Under the pieces are notes generated by a model. The model had not been told where the DNA came from and did not search any database. It was given only the letters and a program-made list of their open reading frames with translations. A stretch of 64,000 nt of DNA from the human T2T-CHM13v2.0 reference genome, Homo sapiens, in NCBI RefSeq assembly GCF_009914755.1, contig NC_060928.1; one strand, written 5' to 3'. The translations under genes and the position numbers were made by a program. Below, piece after piece: positions 1 to 15,605 of the stretch. Numbering within the stretch: position 1 is the stretch's first letter; each line of letters opens with the position of its first letter.

Positions 1-60
1 CAGGGTTTTAGGATCTCTGTGCCTGGAACCTAGGACAAAGACCAAATATATTTCTCATTA
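1..60. mobile_element. End of an LTR fragment, MER21-like
   Basis: agggttttaggatctctgtgcctggaacc...caaagaccaaatatatttctcatta resembles the recalled MER21 terminus. Confidence 0.45.
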
Positions 61-399
61 TATATATTATATATTAACAGTAACCTCTGCAGACTTAAAT
101 GTCCCTGTCTGACAGCTTTGAAGAGAGCAGTGGTTCTCCCAGCATGCAGCTGGAGATCTGAGAACGGGCAGACTGCCTCCTCAAGTGGGTCCCTGACCCC
201 TGACCCCCGAGCAGCCTAACTGGGAGGCACCCCCCAGCAGGGGCACACTGACACGTCACACGGCAGGGTATTCCAACAGACCTGCAGCTGAGGGTCCTGT
301 CTGTTAGAAGGAAAACTAACAACCAGAAAGGACATCTACACCGAAAACCCATCTGTACATCACCATCATCAAAGACCAAAAGTAGATAAAACCACAAAG

Positions 400-716
400 A
401 TGGGGAAAAAACAGAACAGAAAAACTGGAAACTCTAAAACGCAGAGCGCCTCTCCTCCTCCAAAGGAACGCAGTTCCTCACCAGCAACAGAACAAAGCTG
501 GATGGAGAATGATTTTGACGAGCTGAGAGAAGAAGAATTTCATATCCAGCCAAACTAAGCTTCGTAAGTGAAGGAGAAATAAAATACTTTATAGACAAGC
601 AAATGCTGAGAGATTTTGTCACCACCAGGCCTGCCCTAAAAGAGCTCCTGAAGGAAGCGCTAAACATGGAAAGGAACAACCGGTACCAGCCGCTGCAAAA
701 TCATGCCAAAATGTAA
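400..716 (+). pseudogene. L1 ORF1p remnant with 700-nt internal deletion (317 of 1017 nt); frameshifted to stop at 556-558
   Basis: MGKKQNRKTGNSKTQSASPPPKERSSSPATEQSWMENDFDELREE joins directly to the ...RISYPAKLS region at 535/536; native ORF1 stop TAA at 714-716. Confidence 0.93.
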
Positions 717-755
717 AGACCATCGAGACTAGGAAGAAACTGCATCAACTAATGA

Positions 756-4606
<3,851 letters not shown>

Positions 4607-4896
4607 ACAATGAGATCACATGGACACAGGAAGGGGAATATCACACTCTGGGGACTGTGGTGGGGTCGGGGGAGGGGGGAGGGATAGCATTGGGAGATAT
4701 ACCTAATGCTAGATGACACATTAGTGGGTGCAGCGCACCAGCATGGCACATGTATACATATGTAACTAACCTGCACAATGTGCACATGTACCCTAAAACT
4801 TAGAGTATAATAAAAAAAAAAAAAAAAAAAAAAAAAACTTGAATAAAAAAAAAAACTGACTGAACTTAGCCAACTGCTAAACCCTTAAAAAAAAAA

Positions 4897-5036
4897 TATT
4901 ATTAATATAATAAAATATATAAATATAATGTAATTATAAAATCTATTAAAAATATGTAATTATATAAATTATATATTAATATATAATTATTATATAAATT
5001 ATATATTAATATATAATATAAATATATATTAATATA
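4897..5036. repeat. AT-only low-complexity tract with an internal 30-bp-period duplication
   Basis: ttatataaattatatattaatatataat at about 4960-4987 and 4990-5017. Confidence 0.85.
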
Positions 5037-5425
5037 TTTCTTAGTCTGGTGCTGCTATAGCAGGGTACTATAGACTGGGTAATCTATAATGAACAGAAAT
5101 TTATTGACTCACAGTTGTGGAAGTTGGGAAGTCCAACATCAAGGTGCTGGCAGGTTTGGTGATTCTGATTTCAAGATGGCTCCTTGAATGCTGCGTTGCC
5201 TGGAGGGAGGACTGTTTTCTTTTTATGGGGTGGAAGTAGAAGGCCCAAGAGGCAAAAGGTGTGTAACTTGCCCTTTTATAAGGGCATTAATTCCTCTCCT
5301 GAGGGTTGGGCCCTTATGGTCCTATTACCTCCCAGAACCTCCCTGTTACCTCTTACTTCCTAACACTGCCACAATGGCAAATTTCAATATGAGTTTTGGA
5401 GGGGACAAACATTCAAATCATAGCA
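5037..5425 (-). mobile_element. MaLR solo LTR (MST/MLT1A-like)
   Basis: ttagtc..gctgctatagc..tatagactgggtaat..gaaatttattgactcacag..gggaagtccaacatcaagg through acattcaaatcatagca. Confidence 0.8.
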
Positions 5426-5664
5426 CACCACAATTACAAAAATATTTAAATATGAAAAATAGCAGAAATCCACATTTCCTGAATCATTAAAAATACCTTC
5501 AAAGGAAAGAGCAGTTAAAATTGTGCATGATATATACACAGAGAAAGTATCAAGGAAGCTTTTGCAGATATTTGACAGCCTATTTGTAATTGATTGCATT
5601 ATAATTCTTAGAAGTACAAGTTATTTTAATCTTTTTTACCTCATCAGATATACTTTTTTAATTT

Positions 5665-5793
5665 TTAATTTTTTTTACTTTTATAGAGATGAGAGTCTTG
5701 CTGTGTGGCTCATGCTGGTTTCAAAAGCCTGGTCTCTAGCAATATTCCTGCCTCGGCCTCCCAAAGTGCTTGGATGACAGGCATGCACCAGCG
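5665..5793 (-). mobile_element. FLAM / Alu left monomer
   Basis: T-tract followed by gagatgagagtcttgctgtg...cctgcctcggcctcccaaagtgct. Confidence 0.8.
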
Positions 5794-6116
5794 TTTATCA
5801 GATATTAAATGCACATGTGCAAAGTGTTATCACCACTCTGCAAAACAAATTAAGCATACATGGCTGTGTAATTTATATTTCAGTGGAAATCTTATTGAGT
5901 CTTTTAAATTTCAGTGGAATTTTAGGCATGTTGTAATAAAAGTTAGAACTAAATAAAACTTAGGCTTAAAAAGTAGAGCTTAGAATTCTTTGATATGAGA
6001 GGTGAATTTTAATATTTAAAAACAGAAGATGATATCTTTCTGTATTTCTCTTACTATTTAAATGCAAACACAACATGCCTTTATATTTTACTACTACCTA
6101 AAAGAATGTAGAAATC

Positions 6117-6397
6117 CACTGTCCAGTGTGGTAGCCACTAGCCATATTTGGCTATTGAGCATTCGAAGTTGAGGTGTGCTATAAAGTATAAAACACACTT
6201 GAAATTTTGAAGGCTTATATGAGAAGAATAATATTAAATATCTAATTTGAAAATATTGATTACCTGTTGGAGATATTTTAGACATATTGGGTTACATGAA
6301 ATATAATATTAAAATTTACTTCCTTTGTTTTTACTCAGTGTAACTTCTAGAAAACAAAATTATGTATGTAGCTCACATTTTATTTCTATTAGCACTG
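6117..6397 (-). mobile_element. MER33-like hAT-Charlie non-autonomous DNA transposon
   Basis: ctgtccagtgtggtagccactagccatatttggctattgagca ... gtagctcacattttatttctattagcactg. Confidence 0.75.
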
Positions 6398-6603
6398 ATC
6401 TAGGCTCTGTGTGATGTGTTTGTATGCTTTAAAGGATGAATTATTAATTCTGCAGTTCTTGTACTATAGTCCTTCAGTTCAATATAGGTGCATTTTGGTT
6501 TGTATTTCTTGTTAAGGTGTCTTTTTGAAAGAAATAAGCAATAATTATTTTATGGACCTTTACTGGCCTTCACTAGGAGACTTTATACGTTTGATAGGAA
6601 ACC

Positions 6604-6677
6604 TTAGCCCAAATTTTAAAGTACTTAATTTCTTGTGATTTTAGCCCAAATTTTAAAGTACTTAATTTCTTGTGATT
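6604..6677. repeat. Perfect 37-bp tandem duplication
   Basis: ttagcccaaattttaaagtacttaatttcttgtgatt at 6604-6640 and 6641-6677. Confidence 0.95.
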
Positions 6678-7955
6678 TTTGTTTTGTTTTGAAATGTTGC
6701 TTTTCTAAAAAAAATTCAGAAAAGTATTTAGCATTTGAAAATTCTGTTTAAAAACTTATTTTTTTTTCTCTTTAGTATCCTCTGTTTTGTATTTGGTCAT
6801 ATGAAAAATTCTTTATTTTTATAATTTATTTAATATTGAGCTAATATCTGATGGCCTATTTTATACCAGATACTCAAATAGTTGCTTGGAATAGATTAGG
6901 AACAAGATAGACAAAATCTGTGCCTTTAAGTGAACATTCAGGTAGGGCTTGTGGGAAGGAGACTAAACAAAATAAGTAAGCAGGGGCAGGGGGATCATTA
7001 TCAGTTAGAGATGATGGGGGCTGTAATGTTCTATAGGGTGGCAGGCAAAGTGAGGGTAACACTTAAAGTGTATCATGTGTACAGTACTTGGACAAATAAG
7101 AGAATAAATGTCTGATAACTTTCCAGGGCTATGTTAAAACTGAATTTGGAGTACTTTGGGTGCTTCAGATCAGGAATAGGATATAAAGCTTTTGCTGTCT
7201 AGGTCATCATCTTCTGGACCAACATAAAAAAGGTTAGATGTCAATGTGTGCAGAATCTGTGATCTGTTAAGATTGAATTGTTGATTGCATTCAAGGCTGC
7301 ACGGTCTGTCAATTTTAGTGAAATTTTGGAAAGTGTAGGTATTTGGTCAACAAATAATTTAAATAAGAGAAATTAATGGTTTTGTTGCCCTGAGCACAGC
7401 AGTGGAGTTCACATTGTTATTGCTCATTTTGTGACTGAAAAGTTTTATCATAGATTCTAGTGTATATGAATTTTGTTTTCTGTTCTTACCTTTCCCTCTT
7501 TTTCTTTGAATGAACATTTTTTTCATTCCTTTCCTTGTTCTAGTTTTTCTTTGTTTTTATTTATTCTTTTTCATTTTACCACCTGGAATAGGTAGTTTTA
7601 GAGGTTTTTTTTATCAGTTTGTTTGATATACATATATAAAACAAAATCAACTTTAAGACCTACTTATCTGAAAAGTCCATTGTACCTAGTATTTCAGTAT
7701 TCCTTATGTTACATATGCTGCCTTCACAATACATTCTTTGCCATGATTTTTATACCTGTTGGAAAGCTTAGTTAACAACACAGATGTGTCTGTGGAGAGT
7801 CACTTAAGAAAATAGGCAAAATTAGGATTAGACAAAAAAGAAGGCAATGCATTTTAAAATTGAACAGTGTGTTTTGAATTATGTGGGGTATTGTGTCCAA
7901 AAGATTAAATACATATATTTTTTGCTGAAGTTTTCTAAGGTTAACTTTTAACTTA

Positions 7956-8507
7956 TGTATTAGTTTATTGCTATGTAACAAATGACCCCAAAACTTAGTG
8001 GCTTAAAGCAACACACATTTCTCATTTCATGGTTTCTGTGGGTCAGAAATCTTAGTGCAGCTTAGGTGGGTCTTCTGGCTCTGGGTCTTTCACAGGGCTG
8101 CAATTAAGATATCAGCTGGGGTTGTGTCATCTCAAGGCCTGATTAGGGGAGGATCCACTTAAAAACCTACTCATATAGCTGTTAGTCTCAGAGGTCCTCA
8201 ATGGCTGTTGGAGATACCAGTTTTCTGCCGTATAAGTCTCTCTGTAGGCAGTTTATAACATGACAATGGGGTTCCCTCAGCCCACTGTTTCACTCTCTCA
8301 GAGTGAGAGGGAGCTCTGAGAGAAAGAGAAGGGGCAGTAATGTGGACGTCATAATCTTTTTGTGACTAATGCTGGAAGTGACGTCCCATCACTTTTGCTG
8401 TATTCTACTCATGGGAAGTGAGTTACTAGGTCCAGCCAACCATCACGGGGAGACAAATACAAGGATGTGGGTATCATTGGGAGCCATTTCAGAGACTGCT
8501 TACCACA
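7956..8507 (-). mobile_element. MaLR LTR, MLT1F/G/H-like
   Basis: tgtattagtttattgctatgtaacaaatgaccccaaaacttagtggcttaaagcaac ... tcattgggagccatttcagagactgcttaccaca. Confidence 0.75.
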
Positions 8508-9119
8508 GTTTATTTTGATAATTTACTAACTAGAAATATTTGATGGGAGATTCTCAAGCCATAGAAATATAGAGTATAAAAGCAGTAAAGTTATAAAATT
8601 TCCTTTAAAAGGCTTTGTTTTGGAAATGTCCCACAATAAAACCCATTGTGTTCATCTTTGTAATAGGATATGTGTAGAATTTTAAAGCCTGATTAAAAGT
8701 TATCTATTGAGTAGAGCTTTGCAGTGAATGGTGACTCTAATTACATGCACAAATGTACCAGTGTAATTTGTTTGACTGAAGGATCACTTGACATTCTTCT
8801 GAAAGAACAAGCAGGGCAAAGGGAAGGGAAGGGCATAGGTGCTAGAGAAGTCTTGCTGTCTATTAACTTACAGTTACTGAGGTACTTTCCTATATACTGA
8901 AATTTTCATAATTTCATGATTTGTTTAGTTAATATAACGATACCATAAAAATAGAGACTTTAATTCTTTCTGGAAAATAATGGCAATCAGCACACAATTA
9001 AAGTAGCAGAGAATGTTAGTAAGTGTTTTATGGGAAAATGGATTACGTGGTCAAAATTGGGAAATGCTGGATTAGTTTTGTAGGACTTCTTAAACTTAAA
9101 TTTATAGATTTATATACTA

Positions 9120-9350
9120 AGATAACATTTATTGAGCATTTACTATTTGTTCCATCGTATAAGCACTTTTGTATGTACTATGGTATGGACTCCTTATAAC
9201 AACTGTATTAGCTAAGAATCTACTCTTATTATCTTATATGCAGATGAGGAAACAGTTTGGTGGATTAGGCAATATGCCCATAGTTACAAGCTTGTAAATG
9301 ATAGAGTTGAGGTTTTGAAGCCAGGCCAACTCCAGAACCCATGTTCTTGA
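9120..9350 (-). mobile_element. MIR SINE
   Basis: aacatttattgagcatttact...cagatgaggaaac...tgcccatagttacaagcttgtaaatg...actccagaaccc (MIR core). Confidence 0.75.
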
Positions 9351-10751
9351 TTTCTAGTGTTTCTTGTTTCTCTGTGTTAATGTAGATTATTAATCTTCAA
9401 AGGATGGTGAATCTTAACGTCTGTTTGACAAGGAACTTTTGTAATACAAACTGTCTCTTAAGTTTGGCATAATGTAAGTGGTCAGTCGGTTTTTGTTTGA
9501 GTTTTTTTTCCTGAAAATTGATAATTGCTACCAAAATAACACCACACAGATTTTTCAGTGACTTTAACATAACTCGTTAGTACTGACACTAAACTTACTG
9601 TAGCATCTGATCAAAGATAAAGTCATTTTAGCAATTGATAAATTGAACATCGTTTGCTAAATTTGATGCTTTTGTTTTGCATTTATTAAATTTTTCATGG
9701 TAGTATATCTTGGCTATAAATGTCTAAATAGTACTTAATAAGCATCTAATAAATGTTTGTTTAACGAATGAATATTGGAAAATCAAACTTTTGGAATGGC
9801 CTGGGCCTGTAAGTGACCATGGAGAGCCCATGGTGATCATGGGTTAGGAGCACTCTCTGGAGCTAAGCAGCAGCAGCAACTGCTTAGTACTTGTCAACAA
9901 CAGAAAAATAATTAAGAGCTGAAGAAACTAACTTCGGTTCAGCAGTCTTTTATTGAGCACCTATTGTCTGCCAGACAGTGTGCTAGATGTTGGCTTTGCA
10001 AAGATAAACAAAGGCATCTGGTCATTTCATGGAAAAAACACATAACGACTTGTCCTGAAAGAACTGAGAAGTAATAAAGAATCAATGTGTACATGAGAGA
10101 CTAGAAGTGAGAAAAGACATGAGAAAGCAGCAGATTAATGCTGGTATGATCTGTGGATATCAAGAAAGTAAGGCAACAGTGGAAAACATAAAAGAGCTTG
10201 TGGGAGAGTGAATCTGAGGTAAGAGGTCTCTGTACCCCGGATATATTAGCGCTTAATGCAGAGGGCACGCAAGTCATAGGCCAGCACTTCTAGTCTGCAG
10301 AACTGCTATTGAGAGCTCAAAAAAAAAAAAAAAAGTTAGTGTCTGGAATTCTTCATTTTTTCATATCTGTTCTTATGAAAACATTTTATCGTACTTAAAG
10401 GTAAATATTAAGGGGAAGTTGGAAAGTTAACAGAAAAGTTATTATATGTTGAAGAAAATTATGGATTTTTAGATATAGAAGTGAGTCTTCTGCTGAACAG
10501 ATTTACAAGTTGAGGAAAAGGTGAAAGATACCTAGTAGATTTGATGCAAATGTGGAGAAACCTGTGGTTCAAATACAGTCCTTCAAATGGCATTGTTGAA
10601 TCAATTAGCATTTCTGATAGCAGCAAAAAGGAAAATGACTTTCTATAGGTCAAAAGTGGCTCTACTGTCATATTTTTCCAAACTGTTTTTATATTATCAT
10701 CCTCATATTTTTCCAGACTGTTTTTTATCATATGCTTTGGGTTTTGCAGAG

Positions 10752-10895
10752 GGTGGTAGCACACACTTGTAATCTCAGCCAACTCAGGAGGCTAAGGTAG
10801 GAAGATCACTTGAGCTAAGGAGTTGGAGACTAGCCTGGGCAGTATAACGAGACCTGATCTCAAAAAAAAAAAAAAAAAAAAAACAAGAAAAAAAA
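10752..10895 (+). mobile_element. FLAM Alu monomer with long A tail
   Basis: ggtggtagcacacacttgtaatctcagc...gatcacttgagctaaggagttggagactagcctgggca...ctc followed by poly(A). Confidence 0.85.
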
Positions 10896-11039
10896 GGTTT
10901 TTGAGTATGTGCTTCCTGATATAATTTTAAAATAAATAGCTGTATATAAGTAGTGTGTATAGATACATATATAACATATATAAACACATTCAAACTATTG
11001 TACTAATGTTACATGTTTTTAAAATACCCGCAAAAATAC

Positions 11040-11337
11040 GGCTGGGTGCATTGGCTCACGCCTGTAATCCCAGCACTTTGGGAGGCTGAGGGGAGAGGAT
11101 CACTTGAATTCAGGCATTTGAGACCACCCTGGCCAACTTGCTGAAACCTCGTCTCTACTAAAAATACAAAAATTAGCCGGGCGTGGTGGCACGCGCCTGT
11201 AATCCCAGCTACTTGGGAGGCTGAGGCAGAAGAATCACTTGAACCCAGGAGGCGGAGTTTGCAGTGAGCCGAGATCGTGCCCCTGCCCTCTGGCCTGGGC
11301 AAAAGAGCGAGACTATCTCAAAAAAAGAAAAAAAAAT
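11040..11337 (+). mobile_element. AluS element with 18-bp target site duplication
   Basis: Dimeric Alu with central ctactaaaaatacaaaaatt; flanks aaaatacccgcaaaaata / aaaatacccacaaaaata. Confidence 0.95.
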
Positions 11338-11759
11338 ACCCACAAAAATATAGATTAAAAAAATGAGATAAAATTAAATGTAAATGTAAATTCTAATATT
11401 TTCTCAAAATTTCAAGTGGATTAGATTATACATCCTTTTTGGGTGTCGGCAACCCAAATTTGGAGACCACTGTGCTAATGAATTGTAAAGCAATGTCATA
11501 TTATAAGTCACACAGATTTCATTCCATTTTCATAAGAACAGACAATTGTGAGAATTTCTCAAGAAAGCAAGTTCTAGAGACACTTGCTAATGTTAATATT
11601 TGTTCTTCTCTAATTTTCATGGCCACTGTTTGCAGGTTTCTTCATCATATAGCACATTAGTTGCTGACCTTTTAATGATGTCCACTGTGCATTTTATGAT
11701 TAAAATTAGTTCTGATACTTGTGATACCTGTAAGAAGTGGTAATATAAGAATAGAACAA

Positions 11760-12063
11760 GGCTAGGCGCGGTGGCTCATGCCTGCAGTCCCAGCACTTCG
11801 GGAGGCCGAGGTGGGTGGATCTCCTGAGGTCAGGAGTTTGAGACCAGCCTGACCAACATGGAGAAACCCTGTCTCTACACAAAATACAAAATTAGATGGG
11901 CATATTGGCACATGCCTGCAATCCCAGCTACTCAGGAGGCTGAGGCAGGAGAATCACTTGAACCCGGGAGGTGGAGGTTGTAGTGAGCCGAGATCGCGCC
12001 ATTGCACTACAGCCTGGGCAATAAGAGCGAAACTCCATCTCAAAAAAAAAAAAAAAAAAAAAA
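11760..12063 (+). mobile_element. AluSp-like element
   Basis: Full dimer; cctgaccaacatggagaaaccc is AluSp-type; long A tail. Confidence 0.92.
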
Positions 12064-12672
12064 GAACAAAGTTCACTTATTTATACTAGTTTAGGGAAAA
12101 AAAGCAGAGAATGAGTGAGGCAGAAAGTGTAGATATCATTTTGATAAGGGAAGACATGATTAAACTTTTTAAAATATCTTTTCCTATAAATTTGCCACTA
12201 TGTCTTTATATTTTAGCTGCAAATTCTATTTTAAAATTTAATTTATATCTGGATTGTGGATGTCTGTTGATCTGAAGAGACCCAGGAAGTAATGATTTTG
12301 GACGCCATTGATTAGGAATCTGGAAGAAAGATTCTTATGTAGGTGGAAGTCATCTTATAGGGTATGTGTAAGGTATTTTGGTCTTCAGCAACTCACCAAA
12401 GCGTGCTGAGCATTACATACTTGTTTGTCATTTTGGTTACCTCTTCTTTGTTTACGTATATGTAACTATAGTTTAAATTATTCAAAATGAGATAGGCACT
12501 CTATACATCTTTTAGAAGCAAGATATTAAATAGAAAAAGGTTAGGGCCACCCTAATACTTCTCATTTAGCTTACAGAGTGAGAAAGGAGGGAAAGAAGTA
12601 GATGAAAATGGAGTTGGTGTAGTTCCAAGAAATTGCTCTAAGGAGTAAATAAATTGATGCTCCCTTGACAAG

Positions 12673-12820
12673 CAGTATTAACTTAACATGAAAACTTGTT
12701 AGAAATGCAAATTCTTGAGCCCCACCCCAACCCTACTGAATCAGCAGCTTGGGGATGGGACCTAGCAATCCGTTTTAACAAATCCTCTGGGTGATTCTGA
12801 TGAAGTTTGAGAACCACTAG
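12673..12820. mobile_element. MER5A DNA transposon
   Basis: aacttgttagaaatgcaaattcttgagccccaccccaaccctactgaatcag...gtttgagaaccact. Confidence 0.8.
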
Positions 12821-13924
12821 ACTTTCAGGACTCTGATAGTAGCCAGAAGCTCTTTATCTTGACCTTTTATGAGTAGACAGTATAGTTACAAATCTTACTT
12901 TTTTTATGATTAGGTCTTTGAAAATATGGTTCATGACTTACTCTTTGTACCTTGATAAATCTTAAAGTTTTGCATTATATTTTTACAGTTCTTTTAATCT
13001 CAGGCACAATATTTATAAATATAAATACTACTGTGATGCTCTTGCAAGATACCTTGTTTTCTGCTCCTGTATTTTGTGACTTTACTTTTGCCAAGTTCAA
13101 CCTTAAAAATTTCTTTGTATGTTTTATAGGAAGTCATTGACATTCAGTTACTATAAAGCAGGGTTGTATTTGTCTTTTTTATGTGGGGGAGGATCTTTTG
13201 GTTTTTAAAGTAAGATGGTTCTGTAACCTAGATGGTTAAGAATCATTGTGCAAGTTATTGAGACAGATTTTAAGAAAACATCTGATGATTTTATATTAGA
13301 ATATTTCTTACTTAAATTGTGAAACTTCTACCTGGTCCCAGCATTTATTTAGTTTAGTACTTATGTCCTTATGTCCTGACAATTATAGTAACCTATTTAC
13401 TGGAGTTTCTTCTCTGTCTCTTGCTTTTCCAGTTCATTTACCAACTGCTGTTGAGTTATCTTTTTGTTTATGACATTTGATAAGAGCTGATCCTCCCAGA
13501 GCATTTGTGGTCATGTATCTGCTTGTCCCTCAAAGCAACCACAATAGAAAACAGCTTTCTCTTATTCTACTGTTTCTTATCATCCAGACTATCTAATCTC
13601 TATGCTTGAGTTCTGATTTATTATTGGGGGTTCCCTCTTGTTGAGGCTGTCTTAGTCATAGGCCATTTGAGAAACACCATTGGTTGTATATAGTTCAGTT
13701 ATATACAGATTAAATAGGATTTTGTGAACTAGGAAGTTAAACACCATAACATAGTTTCTGTGGAAAGATATGCTTCACTTAGTGGATACATACTCTTAAA
13801 TGCAACCTACTTATAAACTGAGAATAACTGACTGTAGTATGAGATCTGTGTATGAAGAACCAAAAACTTCTGAAATCATTTCATAGTATGGAGCATCGAA
13901 ACATTCAACCCAGTGCCTTTTGCC

Positions 13925-14212
13925 TTTTTTGTTTGAGACAGCATGTCGCTCTGTCACCCAGGCTGGAGTTCAGTGGCGTGAACATGACTCACCACAGCCT
14001 TGACCTCCTGGACTCCAGGCATCCTCCCACCTCAGCCTTCCAAGTAGCTGGGATACAGTCATGAGCCACCATGCCTGGCTAATTTTTATATTTTTTGTAG
14101 AGATGGGGTTCCAGCGTGTTGCCAGGCTGGTCTGGAACTTCTGGGCTCAAGCGATTCACCTGCCTCAACCTCTCAAAGTGTTAGAATTACAGGCATGAGC
14201 CACTGTGCCTGG
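13925..14212 (-). mobile_element. AluJ element
   Basis: Antisense dimer with J-type features (ctgggctcaagcgatt); TSD tgccttttgc on both flanks. Confidence 0.92.
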
Positions 14213-14734
14213 TGCCTTTTGCTTTTTTCTGGGAGTTGCCACAACCCCTGCTTCAACTAATGACTCTTTTAGCCCCTTTCCCAAATTATTTTTGCTTTCA
14301 TTAGTCAGACCATATGGTAATTATGTATTTTTTATTAAAAATTATTTCTAATTTCTGTTTCATTAATTTTTAGTTTACTGCAACAAGAATTTCCTATTAA
14401 ACATTGTTACAGACCGGAAGGGGGCAGAGCAGTGGGAGTAGGGTTGTGAATTAGGACAGGACAGTGTGTCTGCACTTCCCTTTTTCAGTTCCAGCCTGAT
14501 GGTACTGCCAGTGCTGCCATCTCCCCACTCCTTCCCTCAGCCTTTTCAGCATCACAGCACAGCATTGCATTGATCTAATATACTTTTTTGCGAGTTTAGG
14601 ACACTTCACATAGTATCTCACCTTAAAGATGTTTTGATGAGTACAGACCTGTTTATTCCCATTTCACAAATGAATTGAATTGTGCCTTTACTGTAACATT
14701 AACATTATTAGCCTTGTATTATTATTATTATAGA

Positions 14735-14865
14735 TAGGATGGCCATATAATTTATTATCCCAACTGGCATTTTTTCTGAGTGAAAGAGAGTGTTATTAAT
14801 AATTACATCCAGACAAAGGGTGTAAACGAGGACTGTCCTAAGCAAATGGGCCATATAATCACCTT
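14735..14865. mobile_element. MER94-like hAT-Blackjack DNA transposon
   Basis: ggatggccatataatttattatcc...gagtgaaag...attaataattac...gtaaacgaggactgtcc...atataatcacct. Confidence 0.65.
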
Positions 14866-15134
14866 CGCCATATGGCTTATCAGCCTGCTTCAGTTGTACT
14901 TACCTTTATCTTTGTCTTGCTCCCTCACTAAGTTGTTATTAAATTGATCTAAGTTTTGTGCCAAGATTTCTGCTACTGCTAAACACTGGCTCTACCTCAG
15001 TTTGGTTTATCAGTCTGAGTCTTTTTGTATTGTATAGCTTGTTTTCTACTAACATGACGGAAACACTCAGCAACTTTCCATTCCTTTTTCTTTTTTGCAG
15101 ATAAGTGATTTTTTGTCTTTTTTTCCTCTGGAAA

Positions 15135-15182
15135 TAAATTTAAATAGCTTAATAATTTAAATAGCTTAAATTTAAATAGCTT
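15135..15182. repeat. Short tandem repeat (aatttaaatagctt) x3
   Basis: Three near-identical adjacent copies visible. Confidence 0.85.
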
Positions 15183-15307
15183 TTAAAATTTTTAAATAAA
15201 TTTTAAAAGAAAAATAGCTTTTTCTTATATTAAAATAATGTTGACTCTTTCATTGACTTTTAGAATTTTTTTTTCAGTAGCACATTTCTTGGTTTTCCCA
15301 AATTTTC

Positions 15308-15605
15308 TTTTTTTTTTTAAAACAAAAAAATGTCCCCAGCTTTATTGAGGTATATTTAACAAATAAAGATTGTGTATATGTAAGGTATATGATATGGTGA
15401 TTTGATATCTTTATACATTGTGAAATGATTATTATCGCAGTCTTATCACCTCACATGTCAAAGGGTACAAACTTTCAGTTATAAGATGAAAAACTCTGGG
15501 GATCTAATGTGTAGCTAGTTACTATAGTTAATAATACTGTATCATATATTTGAACTTTGCTAGGAGAGTAGATCTTTTGTGTTTTTACCACAAAAACAAA
15601 GGTAA
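15308..15605 (-). mobile_element. L1MA-type 3' end with an inverted 5' segment
   Basis: 15335-15456 is the antisense terminal L1MA 3'UTR; 15457-15605 is the sense upstream part (gtcaaagggtacaaactttcagttataagatg...ggtaac). Confidence 0.75.

Noticed and set aside
10319-10334. Isolated poly(A) run as an orphan retro-insertion
   Set aside because: No recognisable upstream element, poly(A) signal or TSD.
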